Below are positions 36,933 to 49,925 of a stretch of 64,000 nucleotides of DNA, one piece after another. This DNA is from Malacoraja senta (taxonomy: Eukaryota), in contig JAXLNO010000322.1 in the NCBI GenBank assembly GCA_038087875.1, positions 186,001 through 250,000 of the forward strand, written 5' to 3'. Positions within the stretch are counted from its first letter, which is position 1, and every line of letters begins with the position of its first letter. Position numbers and translations under genes: made by a program. The notes beneath the pieces were generated by a model, which was not told where the DNA came from, did not search any database, and worked only from the letters and a program-made list of their open reading frames with translations.

Positions 36933-37519
36933 AGAGATGGCCAAATGACATAACTGCAGCAAATGTTCTTTTGGCAATATGTTTAAAGGTGTCAAAAAGC
37001 CACATTACCGGACATTCAGATTAGATGTATGTGTTGTGAACAACAATGAAAATAACAAGTTTGTACGCACCAGATTAAAAAATATATATATTGATAAACG
37101 CTGTTTCCATCATTCCCACTTCAGAATTAACGTTAAAATTTCAAATGAAATATCTCCTGACCAAATTTGTGATGTATATCACCGACCATAGAAGTAAAAC
37201 CTGGACAAATCCAACTTATAGTTGTGAATGTTGCTCATTAAATAACTACAGTACTGATACTCCATATTAGGAGCATTGATTTGCCGTTAAAATGAATTCT
37301 GTAATAACGTGTCAACAGTAGCAGTGACAATTGAACACCGGTTTTAATGTTTCACGTGTTCACAATTTAATTAATCCATCTTTATGGATTAAAACAAATA
37401 ATAACATTGGGAATTAAAACACATTTGATTACATTCCGTTATCAAACATAGTCAATGTTCGCTCTGAAGACGTTTCCCATGCAGTAGGGTCAGGAAGCCA
37501 GTACGTTGCTACTGGACCA

Positions 37520-38130
37520 TACTGGATCAGTACGGGATGGATGGGGAGGATCAGTACAGGATGAATGGTGGGGGGGGGGGTCAGTACAGTGTGGATCGGG
37601 GGGGTCTGTGCAGGATGAATGGGGGCCACAACAGGATGAAAGGGTAGATCAGTACAGGATGATTGGGTGGATCAGAGCAGGATGAATGAGGGGGGGATTA
37701 GTGCAGGATGAATGCGTGGATCAATACAGGATGAATTGGGGGGGTCAGTACAGTGTGGATCGGGGGATCTGCAGGATGAATGGGGGGTATCACTACAGTA
37801 TGGAGGGGGGGTGTCGCTACAGGATGAATGGGGGGGGGGGTCGGTGCAGGATGAATGGGGGAATTCATACAGGATGAATGGGTAGATCACGACAGGATGG
37901 CTGGGGGGATCGGTGCAGGATAAATGGAGGGGGGTCAGTACAGGATGGATCGGGAGATCAGTGCAGGATGATTGGGCGATTAGTACAGGGTGAATGGGCA
38001 GAGCAGTGCAGGATGGATGGGAAGGGGGGTCAGTACAGGATGAATTGCGGGACCAGTGTACGATGGATGTGGGGTGGCAGGAGAATCAGTGTGAGGTGGA
38101 TAGGGAGATCAGTGCAGGATGAATAGATGG
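37520..38130. repeat. Degenerate tandem repeat of about 22 bp (TCAGTACAGGATGAATGGGGGG)
   Basis: Direct inspection; more than 20 copies. Confidence 0.9.
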
Positions 38131-38764
38131 GGGGGGGTAGATGGGGAGGACTGAATACAGGCGCGAATGGGGATCAGTGCGGGATGGCGAGGAGGGATCC
38201 CAGGATAAGGGGGGGTGGATGGGGGCGTACAAGAGAGAGAGAGGGGGGAAGGGGCAGAGGAGGTGGGGAGGAAGGAAGGTCAGTGCTCCTCGGACAACCC
38301 CGGCATCATCTCCGAGGCCCCGCTGCCTTGGCCGTCCCTGTCCACCGCCAAGTTCCGCAGCCAAAGGAAAAGCAGTTGGGTTCTCCTCACCACCGTCTCC
38401 CCTCCTCCGCCAGTCAACAGGTAGGTGAGGGGCCAAGTGGCGCAGGTGCTTCAGATGGGGGAAGGGGGCCTCCCCCTTCCTTCCTCCCTCCTCCCGGCCT
38501 CGGCCTGCGGGAGGGTTTGTTTTGAAAGCGGTTATCGCCGTTGGCGGAGTGGCACGCAGAGGCTGCTATGAGGACGGGCGGGGTGCGGATGGACGAGGAG
38601 GTGGAGCCGTCGCTGCTGTGTGGGGACTGTCATTCACTCCGACCCTCTGTCACTCCGCACTACAACCCATTGCCCCGGCAACCGCGGCCTACGGCGAGCG
38701 CCGGCCCACAAACCTCCCCGCGCCTTCCCCCCTTCACTGCAAGTTAGCAGCCCTCACATCGAGC

Positions 38765-41100
38765 ATGGACACACAATGTTGGAGTAACTCAGCAGGACAG
38801 GCAGCATCTCTGGAGGGAAGGAATAGGTGACGTTTCGGGTCGAGATCCTTCTTCAGACTTCACCCTTGCTTCCCCTATCTCGCCGTCCACCCTCCACTGT
38901 CAGAGTGAATGAGGCCCAACGTATATTGGAGAAACAGCACGTCATATTTTGCCTGGGCAACTTACAACACAGCGGTATGTGTTGGTTGGGATCACTGGTC
39001 GGCGCGGACTCGGTGGGCCGAAGGGCCTGTTTCCGTTCTGTATCTCTAAACTAAACACTAAACTAAAGAATGAACATTGATGGAGGGGGGGGGGGTGGGG
39101 AGGACTGAATACAGGCGCGAATGGGGATCAGTGCGGGATGGAGAGGAGGGATCCCAGGATAAGGGGGGTGGAGGGGGGCGTACAAGAGAGAGAGAGGGGA
39201 AGGGGCAGAGGAGGTGCGGAGGAAGGAAGGTCAGCGCTCCTCGGACAACACCGGCATCATCGCCCCGCTGCCTTGGCCGTCCCTGTCCACCGCCAAGTTC
39301 CGCAGCCGGTGGGCCGAAGGGCCTGTTTCCGCGCTGTATCTCTAAACTAAACACTAAACTAAAGAATGAACATTGATTTATCTACCTTCAAGTAACCCTT
39401 GCATCGTCTCTCTCTCCGTCCACTCTCCACTGCCAGAGTGAAGCCCAAGGTAAATTGGAGGAACAGCAGATCATATTTCGCTTGGGCAGCTTACAGCCCA
39501 GTGGTATGAATGAAGAAGGATCTTGACCCAAAATGGCCCCTATTCCTTTTCTCCAGAGATGCTGCTGAACCCGCTGAGTTACTCCAGCTTTTTATATCTA
39601 TTCAGCGGTATGAATATTGATTTATTTAACTTCAAGTTAACATTGCTTCCCCCTCGCCCCACCCCTCCTAGTTCTCCGATTAGTTTCACTGATTAAAACA
39701 TTTTACTGATTGCCTCGTTGTCAGCTTCCCCTCCGCTAACAATGAACCTTCCTTGACCATAGTCCCCTTTGGTCTGTGTTCTCACATCTTAACATTCCAT
39801 ATCTCTGTCTCCCTTTCCCCTGACTCTCAGTCTGAAGAAGAATCTCGACCCGAAATGTCACCCATTCCTTCCCTCCGGAGATACTGCCTGTCCTGCTGAG
39901 TTTTCCAGCATTTGGTGTCTATCTTCGGTTTAAACCAGCATCCGCAGTTCCTTCCTGCACACCACCCCCACCCTAGATAGATAGGAGAGGAATGAATGAC
40001 GTTTCATTTCGAGACCTTTCTTCAGACCTTCCAAAGCTGCTGCCTGTCCCGCTGAGTAACTCCAGCGTTTTGTGTTCATTGTTGGCTGAGGGGAAGGTGA
40101 CAACGAGGTATGCAAACATTAAAATTAATCAGGAGGACAGTAAAACTAGTCGGAGAATAGGATGGAGGACCAATTCCTTCTCTTCAGAGATGCTGCCTGT
40201 CCCGCTGAGTTACTCCAGCATTTTGTGTATTCGCTGCCAACAATGGACCATGTATGTAGGAAGGAACTGCAGATGCTGGTTTACACTGAAGATAGACACA
40301 AAATGCTGGAGCAACTCAGTGGGACAGATAGCATCTCTAGAGAAGAAGGATCTCGACCAGAAATGTCACACATTCCTTCTCTCACCTTTCCTTGGTCATC
40401 GTTACTTTTTGTATAACTTTCATTCATTTGTTCTATATTTCTCTATCACCATCTATAGATATAATTTCCCTTTCCCCTGACTCTCAGTCTGAAAAAGGGT
40501 CTCGATCCGAAACGTCACCTATTGCTTTTCTCCAGAAATGCTGCCTGACTGGCTGAGTTCTCCAGTTTTTGTGTCTATCTTCTGTTTAAACCAGCATCTG
40601 CAGTTCCTTCCTACACCTAACCATTTATATATTTTATTTCTAACTATCTCCGTTCGCTTCTGCATTTGAAACAAACAAAAAACAGCCAGGTCGTCACCGT
40701 AGCTCGCTTGCATATTAAAAAATCACAGTGGCTTGCGTCAGTGCAGTGCGTGGGACGGGATCCCACAGTGTTGGCTGCAGTTCTGCGATGTCGACCGGCT
40801 GCAGGGAACGCTTGCGAGCACCATTATTCGGCCACAGATTCCCTATTTGAACCAATGGGCGCAATAATAACACTGGAAAAAATACTGCATCAGATTTACT
40901 GCTATCAGAGTGCAAGTTTTGGTTCTCCGGAATATGAATAGCTGGAGGGCTAATGGAAATTAAATGTATTTCTTTCTCCTTCTGAAGAAGGGTCTCGACC
41001 CGAAACGTCACTTATTCCTCTTCTCCAGAGATGCTGCCTGACCCGCTGAGTTACACCGTGTGTGTGTGTCTATCTTCGGTATAAACCAGTGTCTGCAGTA
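38765..41100. repeat. Cluster of Penelope-derived repeats (GIY-YIG tail and pLTR pieces, both orientations) mixed with SINE tails
   Basis: LEKQHVIFCLGNLQ and LEEQQIIFRLGSLQPSGMN; repeated GATGCTGCCTGACCCGCTGAGTTACTCCAGC and CTGAAGAAGGGTCTCGACCCGAAACGTCA. Confidence 0.75.
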
Positions 41101-43261
41101 TCAAACCGGGCAAAATGACACGGGTTTTAGGTTGCCCGACGGGACTTTAGGTGGCCATTGGTAACTGGGCAACCGTTCATTTCGAGCCCTGCTGTATGTT
41201 TTATCTTTGGTGTGCTAGTTGTAAATGTGCGCTGCATCTGCTAAATGATTTAGTTTTTATGAACCCTGCTACCATATCTTTAATTTAAGTCCACAGTCTA
41301 GCATTTCCCTAATGCTGATGCCAGCATAACTGATCTGCAATTCCTCATATTCTATCTCCCTCTCTCCAGAAATAGTGAGGTGTCATTTGCTCTCTTCCAA
41401 TTTGTGTGAACCATTCTGCAACCTACGGAATTTTGGAAGATGAACAGTGCACCTGCCTGAAAGGCTACAGATCAAGTTCTGGAATTTGGGCAGCTATTTT
41501 CCAGCCGGCACGGACACCATCTTCTATGTCACCAACTCTACGATTCCTTGAAACTGGCAAGACGTCTGATTCACACAACACAGTGGAAACCTGGAGCGCT
41601 CTCCCCAAAAAGGCTTTTTGGATGCTGTGGGTCAGTTGGTACTTTCACTGCCATGTTAGATAAGAATTTTGGTGGGAGGGTTAATTAGGGATTCAGAGCA
41701 AATGTTCATAAATTAATCTGAGCACAGGCCTTCCCTGACTAATAAATGGATTCCATTTGTACAGATGTTGATTTTCTGTACGTCAGAAAATAGACAAAAA
41801 TCACTCTATGTTTACCATTTTGTAATGAATGGCATTAAAAAACACATAATGCTGACAAGAAGGAACAATTGTTAAAAGAGACAAAACTAGGTCGAACGTT
41901 CCTAGAAATGAACGTATGTATGTACATCGGACTTGAATTTAACATTGGAGCTTTTCTGCATGTATGGGTTTCTCGTAAGTGGGGCATTTGTTACTCTGGG
42001 ACAGCCTGTGTACTGCTCTGTCATGGTCTAATTGAATGTCAAGAAAAATATTAGAGGAACTGAATTGATTATGCTTGGGATGTTGTACAGAGGGATGTTG
42101 TACAGATCATCTAATTGAGGTATAGAAAAGTATTTATGGCACGGAATATAATTTTATATTCAGGAGGGAGGGACGGAATGCTGAGGCACAACAAATTTGC
42201 CATATGCTTGTTTAGTTTCTGTAATGAAGAATGAATTATAATCTGGCAAGCAAAGTCATTAATGGATTGTCTCGCGATTCCCAGGCCTACTTTACACATG
42301 CCTGGCTATTTCACGTAATAGATCAAAAGTATTGCCTTTGATTCTTTTTCACTAAATCAGTATCCCTTGGTTGGAAACCTTTATGCCTTTGGCAAGAAAC
42401 GTATGTACCTGACTGATCTATGAACTCTCCTTTTAACCTTCTCTAAGCACGACAATCCCACGTTCTTTGGATTTTTCATGGAAGTGAAGCCTTTCATCTT
42501 GATACCATTCTTGCTGTTTAATGCAGTCGAGCAGACTTGTGTAGAAGACATTTGTAAAAACGTAGCATACCTTGCTTTTATACTTTGCTTCACTGTTCCA
42601 AAGGTTCGATGTTCCTTTTTTAAACTGTCTACTCAACCAACTTGTTATGCAATTGTTAAAAATTGCCTTTGTACATCTGCAGCGGTCTCTGTCCCAACAT
42701 CCCCCATATAATTGTACCATTTAGTTTACATGGAATTCTAGAGGTGAGAGCTGGGTTACTGTTCCTGCTCCGTTGCTAAGGTAGCTAGTCCGTGCAGTGT
42801 AGCATTGATTCCACTGATGAGGTGATGTGGAATGCTTGGTTTTAGGTACTGGTCATTCCAAACCAATTTCAGGACTCAGACACAAGTCATAGACAACTCT
42901 AGACTGTCATTAGAATATTGGACATTAAAAACTACTGTAGAATTGCATGCAAACATGGGTGACAAACTGCATTAATACTGCAGAGGCCCAGGAGCGGTTG
43001 GAGCGGTTGCAGTGGGAGGAGGAACGTCCGAGCAGTGAGTTTAAAACCCGATCGCAGGGCTTTGCTTTACAGAGGCCCAGGAGCCGTTGGAGCGGTTGTA
43101 GAGGGAGGAGGAACCCAGATCTGTTACGTTCCAACGTTCCATTCGCATTTCAAAACTAGTGGGCTTGTGGAAGCCGCTGATTGGTGGAAGCGGACAAGAG
43201 GGAGCAGCTGATTGGGAGTCAGATCCCTGCTGATTTCTTCCAGCACTTTGTATTATATCCA

Positions 43262-44470
43262 AGATAAGGGGGGAGAATGAGGGCAGTTTACTGTTCTGGA
43301 TGTCAGATGTATCCACGGTAAGGGGGGAGTATGTGGGAGAATGAGGGCAGTTTACTGTTCTGGATGTCAGATGTATTGTATCCAGGGTAAGGGGGGGAGT
43401 ATGAGGGCAGTTTACTGTTCTGGATGTCAGATGTATTGTATCCTGGGTAAGGGGGGAGTATGAGGGAGAATGAGGGCAGTTTACTGTTCTGGATGTCAGA
43501 TGTATTGTATCCAGGGTAAGGGGAGAGTATGAGGGAGAATGAGGGCAGTTTACTGTTCTGGATGTCAGATGTATTGTATCCAGGGTAAGGGGGGAGTATG
43601 AGGGAGAATGAGGGCAGTTTACTGTTCTGGATGTCAGATGTATTGTATCCAGTGTAAGGGGGGAGTATGAGGGCAGTTTACTGTTCTGGATGTCAGATGT
43701 ATTGTATCCAGGGTAAGGGGGGAGTATGAGGGAGAATGAGGGCAGTTTACTGTTCTGGATGTCAGATGTATTGTGTCCAGGGTAAGGGGGGAGTATGAGG
43801 GCCAGGGCAGTTTACTGTTCTGGATGTCAGATGTATTGTATCCAGGGTAAGGGGGGAGTATGAGGGCCAGGGCATTTTACTGTTCTGGATGTCAGATGTA
43901 TTATATCCAGTGTAAGGGGGGAGTATGAGGCCCAGGGCAGTTTACTGTTCTGGATGTCAGATGTATTGTATCCAGGGTAAGGGGGGAGTATGAGGGCCAG
44001 GGCAGTATACTGTTCTGGATGTCAGATGTATTGTATCAAGTGTAAGGGGGAGAATGAGGGCAGTTTACTGTTCTGGATGTCAGATGTATTGTATCCAGGG
44101 TAAGGGGGGCGAATGAGGGCAGCTTACTGTTCTGGATGTCAGATGTATTGTATCCAGGGTAAGGGGGGAGTATGAGGGAGAATGAGGGCAGTTTACTGTT
44201 CTGGATCTCATATATATTGTATCCAGGGTAAGGCGGGAGTATGAGGGCAGTTTACTGTTCTGGATGTCAGATATATTGTATCCAGGGTAAGGGGGAATAT
44301 GAGGCCCAGGGCAGTTTACTGTTCTGGATGTCAGATGTATTGTATCCAGGGTAACGGGGGAGTATGAGGGAGAATGAGGGCAGATTACTGTTCTGGATGT
44401 CAGATGCATTGTATCATGGGTAAGGGGGGAGTATGAGGGCCAGGCAGTTTACTGTTCTGGATGTCAGATG
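43262..44470. repeat. Minisatellite, about 19 copies of a 59-69 bp unit derived from the CR1 ORF1 start
   Basis: Unit ATGAGGGC(CAGGGC)AGTTTACTGTTCTGGATGTCAGATGTATTGTATCCAGGGTAAGGGGGGAGT; the last copy runs into ORF1. Confidence 0.95.
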
Positions 44471-45367
44471 TGGGAGGTCAAGGAGTCTGATAGCCTTCCA
44501 GACGCCCACATCTGCGCGAGGTGCATTGAGATGGGGCTCCTAAGGGACCGTATTAGGAACCTGGAGCAGCAGCTCGATGACCTCCGTCTGGTCAGGGAGA
44601 GCGAGGAAGTCATAGAGAGGAGTTACAGAGAGGTGGTCACTCCAAGACCACAGGAGGCAGGCAAGTTGGTCACGGTTAGGAGGGGCAAGGGGCAGAGGCA
44701 GGGACTAGAGAGTACCCCGGTGGCTGTACACCTTGGCAATAAGTACTCCTGTTTGAGTACTTTTGGGGGGAACAGCCTACATGGGGGTAGCAACAGCGGC
44801 CGGGCCTCCGTTACAGAGACCGGCCCTGTTGCTCAGAAGGGTAAGGAAAAGAAGAGGGGGGCAGTAGTAACAGGGGACTCTATAGTTAGGGGGTCAGATA
44901 GGCGATTCCGTGGACGCAGTCAGGAGACCCGGATGGTAGTTTGCCTCCCTGGTGCCAGGGTCTGGGATGTGTCTGAATGTGTCCAAGATATCCTGAAATG
45001 GGAGGGAGAGGAGCCCGATGTCGTGGTACATATAGGTACCATTGACATAGGTAGAAAAAGTGAAGAGGTCCTGAAAGGTGAATTTAGGGAGTTATGAAGA
45101 GAGTTAAGGAGAAGGACCGCAAAGGTAACGATCTCAGGATTACTGCCTGTGCCACGCGACAGTGAGAGTGTGAATGGAGCAAGGTGGAGGATAAATGCGT
45201 GGCTGAAGGACTGGTGCAAAGGGCAGGGATTCAAGTTTCTGGATCATTGGGACCTCTTTTGGGGAAGGTGTGACCTGTACAAAAAGGATGGGTTGCACTT
45301 GAACCCGAGGGGGACAAATATCCTGGCGGGAAGATTTGCAAAGGCTACTGGGGAGACTTTAAACTAG
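44433..45367 (+). pseudogene. CR1 ORF1 (zinc finger, leucine zipper, SGNH esterase), disrupted
   Basis: CSGC...HICARC, leucine heptads, GDS, HIGTID, DGLH; internal TGA at 45095; 1-nt deletion just after the ATG. Confidence 0.85.
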
Positions 45368-45446
45368 AACGGTTGGGGGGAGGGACTCAAATAGAGAAAG
45401 CTAGTAGACAGTGTGTGAGGCAGGAGGCAGAGAAGGGAAGCACTCA

Positions 45447-45975
45447 TAGAAACATAGAAAATAGGTGCAGGACTAGGACATTCGGCCCTTCGAGCCTGCA
45501 CCGCCATTCAATATGATCATAGCTGATCATCCCACTCAGTATCCTGTACCTGCTTTCTCTCCATACCCCCTGATCGCTTTAGCCACAAGAGCCACATCTA
45601 ACTCCCTCTTAAATATAGCCAATGAACTGGCCTCAACTACCTTCTGTGGCAGAGAGTTCCAGAGATTCACCACTCTCGGTGTGAAAAATGTTTTTCTCAT
45701 CTCGGTCCTAAAGAATTTCCCCTTTATCCTTAAACTGTGACCCCTTGTCCTGGATTTCCCCAACATCGGGAACAATCTTCCTACGTCTAACCTGTCCAAC
45801 CCCTTAAGAATTTTGTAAGTTTCTATAAGACCCCCCCTCATTCATCTAAATTCTAGCGAGTACAAGCCGAGTTTATCCAGTCTTTCTTCATATGAAAGTC
45901 CTGACATCCCAGGAATCAGTCTGGTGAACCTTCTCTGTTTTCCCTCTATGGCAAGAATGTCTTTCCTCAGATTTG
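45447..45975 (-). mobile_element. Antisense CR1 3' fragment inserted between ORF1 and ORF2 of a same-family CR1
   Basis: Reverse complement of about 48570-49100; flanked by ACTCA at 45442-45446 and 45976-45980 (possible target duplication). Confidence 0.9.
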
Positions 45976-46217
45976 ACTCAGTCCCAACATGTAGGGGGGA
46001 AAGAAGAAAAACATAATAAACAGAGAATAAGAGGTGGTGGGTTTCTTAAATGTGTGAGCAGAGAGACAGAGGGGTGTAAAATGCGGGTAGAAGCAATAGG
46101 TAGCAAGGTGAAAGTAAAAGTGGCAGGCAGACAAATCCAGGGCAAAAATCAAAAAGGGCCACTTTTCAACAAAATTGTATAAGGGGTAAGAGCGTTGTAA
46201 AAACAAGCCTGAAGGCT

Positions 46218-49011
46218 TTGTGTCTCAATGCGAGGAGCATTCGTAATAAGGTGGATGAGTTGAATGTGCAGATAGCTATTAATGATTATGATATAGTTGG
46301 GATCACGGAGACATGGCTCCAGGGTGACCAAGGCTGGGAGCTGAACATCCAGGGATATTCAATATTCAGGAGGGTTAGACAGAAAGGAAAAGGAGGTGGG
46401 GTAGCGTTGCTGGTTAGAGAGGAGATTAACGCAGTGGAAAGGAAGGACATTAGCTTGGAGGATGTGGAATCAATATGGGTAGAGCTGCGAAACACTAAGG
46501 GGCAGAACATTAGTGGGTGTTGTGTACAGGCCACCTAACAGGAGTAGTGGAGTTGGGGATGACATCAAACAGGAAATTAGAAATGCGTGCAACAAAGGTA
46601 AAACAGTTATAATGGGTGACTTCAATCTACATATAGATTGGGTGAATCAAATTGACAGGGGTGTTGAGGAAGAGGATTTCTTGGAATGTATGCGGGATAG
46701 TTTTCTAAACCAACATGTAGAGGAACCAACGAGCGAGCAGGCTATTCTAGACTGGGTATTGAGTAATGAGGAAGGGTTAGTTAGCAGTCTTGTTGTGCGT
46801 AGCCCCTTGGGCAAGAGTGACCATAATATGGTTGAGTTCTTCATTAGGATGGAGAGTGACATTGTTAATTCAGAAACAAGGGTTCTGAACTTAAAGAAAG
46901 GTAACTTTGAGGGTATGAGACGTGAATTGGCCAAGATAGACTGGCAATTGATTCTTAAAGGGTTGACGGTGGATATACAATGGAAGGCATTTAAAGACTG
47001 CATGGATGAACTACAACAATTGTTCATCCCAGTTTGGCAAAAGAATAAATCAGGGAAGGTAGTGTATCCGTGGATAACAAAGGAAATCAGGGATAGTATC
47101 AAAACGAAAGATGAAGCGTACAAATTAGCCAGAAAAAGCAGCCTACCAGAGGACTGGGAGAAATTTAGAGTCCAGCAGAGGAGGACAAAGGGCTTAATTA
47201 GGAAAGGGAAAATAGATTATGAAAGATAACTGGCAGGGAACATAAAAACTGACTGCAAACGTATTTATAGATATGTGAAGAGAAAAAGATTAGTTAAAAC
47301 AAATGTAGGTCCCTTGCAGTCAGAAACAGGTGAATTGATCATGGGGAACAAGGACATGGCAGACCAATTGAATAACTACTTTGGTTCTGTCTTCACTGAG
47401 GAAGACATAAATAATCTGCCGGAAATAGCAGGGGACCGCGGGTCAAGTGATATGGAGGAACTGAGTGAAATCCAGATTAGCCGGGAAGTGGTGTTAGGTA
47501 AATTGAATGGATTAAAGGCCGATAAAACCCCAGGGCCAGATAGGCTGCATCCCAGAGTATTTAAGGAAGTAGCCCCAGAAATAGTGGATGCATTAGTGAT
47601 AATTTTTCAAAACTCTTTAGATTCTGGAGTAGTTCCTGAGGATTGGAGGGTAGCTAATGTAACCCCACTTATTAAAAAGGGAGGGGAGCGAAAACGGGGA
47701 ATTACAGACCAGTTAGTCTAACATCGGTAGTGGGGAACATGCTAGTCAGTTATTAAAGATGGGATAGCAGCACATTTGGAAAGTGGTGAAATCATTGGAC
47801 AAAGTCAGCATGGATTTATGAAAGGTAAATCATGTCTGACGAATCTTATAGAATTTTTCGAGGATGTAACTAGTAGAGTGGATAAGGGAGAACCAGTGGA
47901 TGTGTTATATCTGGACTTTCAGAAGGCTTTCGACAAGGTCCCACATAAGAGATTAGCATACAAAATTAAAGCACACGGTATTGGGGGTTCAGTATTGATG
48001 TGGATAGAGAACTGGCTGGCAAACAGGAAGCAAAGAGTAGGAGTAAACGGGTGCTTTTCAAATTGGCAGGCAGTGACTAGTGGGGTACCGCAAGGCTCAG
48101 TGCTGGGACCCCAGCTATTTACAATATATATTAATGATATGGACGAGGGAATTGAATGCAACATATCCAAGTTTGCGGATGACACAAAGCTGGGAGGCAG
48201 TGTTAGCTGTGAGGAGGATGCTAGGAGGCTGCAAGTTGACTTGGATAGGCTGGGTGAGTGGGCAAATGCCTGGCAGATGCAGTATAATGTGGATAAATGT
48301 GAGGTTATCCACTTTGGTGGCAAAAACAGGAAAGTAGACTATTATCTGAATGGTGGCCGATTAGGAAAAGGGGAGATACAACGAGACCTGGGTGTCATGG
48401 TACACCAATCATTGAAAGTAGGCATGCAGGTGCAGCAGGCAGTGAAGAAAGCGAATGGTATGTTAGCATTCATAGCAAAAGGATTTGAGTATAGGAGCAC
48501 GGAGGTTCTACTGCAGTTCTACAGGGTCTTGGTGAGACCACACCTGGAGTATTGCGTACAGTTTTGGTCTCCAAATCTGAGGAAAGACATTCTTGCCATA
48601 GAGGGAGTACAGAGAAGGTTAACCAGACTGTTTCCTGGGATGTCAGGACTTTCATATGAAGAAAGACTGGATAGACTTGGCTTGTACTCGCTAGAATTTA
48701 GAAGATTGAGGGGGGATCTTATAGAAACTTACAAAATTCTTAAGGGGTTGGACAGGCTAGATGCTGGAAGATTGTTCCCGATGTTGGGGAAGTCCAGGAC
48801 AAGGGGTCACAGTTTAAGGATAAGGGGGAAATCTTTTAGGACCGAGATGAGAAAAACATTTTTCACACAGAGAGTGGAGAATCTCTGGAATTCTCTGCCA
48901 CAGAAGGTAGTTGAGGCCAGTTCATTGGCTATATTTAAGAGGGAGTTAAATGTGGCCCTTGTGGCTAAAGGGATCAGGGGGTATGGAGAGAAGGCAGGTA
49001 CAGGATACTGA
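46218..49011 (+). pseudogene. CR1 ORF2 (endonuclease and reverse transcriptase) with a few frameshifts and stops
   Basis: ORF pieces 46218-46538, 46513-47229, 47275-47721 and 47776-49011. Confidence 0.93.
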
Positions 49012-49304
49012 GTTGGATGATCAGCCATGATCATATTGAATGGCGGTGGAGGCTCGACGGGCCGAATGGCCTACTGCTGCACCTATTGTCTATGTTTCTA
49101 TGTTTTCCCATGATTACAAGCATCTAATAATACCACAAAATACTCCTGCCAGAAGTATGCAAAACACGTTTGCTTTAATTAAACTAATAATCCCATTACA
49201 AATTGCCTTACTTGCAAAGCCTAGATGTTTTTGTGTCACCGTCAGAGTAGTAAATGTGACTTGTAACCTTCCTGAGTAATCGATTTTAAATGCATTTACA
49301 AGTT

Positions 49305-49925
49305 CATAAGTCATTCGAGTTTATTTAACCATTCGCCCCATTGAGTCTACTCCGCCATTTAATCATGGCTCATCTATCTTTCCTTCTCGACCCCATTCTC
49401 CTACTTTCTCCCATAACCTTTGACACCCTTCCTAATCAAGAACATGTCAATCTCTGCTTTAAGTATACCTAATGACATGGCCTCCACAGCCACCTATGGC
49501 AATGAATTCCACAGACTCACCACTCTCTGACTGAAGAAATTCATCCTTATTTTTTTATAGGTATGTCCTTTAATTCCGAGGCTGTGCCCCGTGGTCCGAA
49601 ACCATCTCACTAGTGGAAACATCCTCTCCACATCCACCTTATCCAGGCCTACCATTGTTCTGTAAGTTTCAATGAGGTCCTCTCTCGTCTTTCCAAACTC
49701 CAGTGAGTACAGGTCTTGAGTGGTCAAACGCTCATACGTTAACCCAATCGTCCCCGGGATCGCTCACGTAAACCACCTCTGGATGTCGGCACAGCCAGCC
49801 CCCACCTCAGATGTACGCCCAAAACTGCTCACAATACTCCAAATGCAGTCTGACCAGTGCCTTCTAAAGCCACAGCGTTACATCCCTGTTTTTATATTCA
49901 AATTCTCTCGAAATAAATGCTTTTA
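49305..49925 (-). mobile_element. Older CR1 3' fragment
   Basis: LYSLEF...DLIETYR...MFPLV...FFSQRVVSLWNSLP on the minus strand. Confidence 0.8.

Larger units (their letters stand above)
42980..49102 (+). mobile_element. Near-full-length CR1 LINE (5' UTR, ORF1, ORF2, 3' tail)
   Basis: ORF1 with zinc finger, leucine zipper and esterase; ORF2 with endonuclease (NARS, GITETW, GDFN, SDHN) and RT (FADD); CTATGTTTCTATG tail. The 5' boundary is approximate. Confidence 0.93.

Noticed and set aside
33575..41191. One large hAT-like element ending TTCGAGCCCTG and enclosing the L1 and Penelope cluster
   Set aside because: The right end looks like a terminal repeat, but no matching left end or target duplication could be confirmed.
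41370..41560. Coding-looking plus-strand segment (also 30690-30870 plus, and 50330-50485 minus)
   Set aside because: Stops occur in the candidate frames and no homology was recognised; too weak to call without a search.
43262..44470. CRISPR-like repeat-spacer appearance
   Set aside because: The spacers are variants of one sequence, the unit derives from CR1 ORF1, the context is vertebrate, and there are no cas genes.
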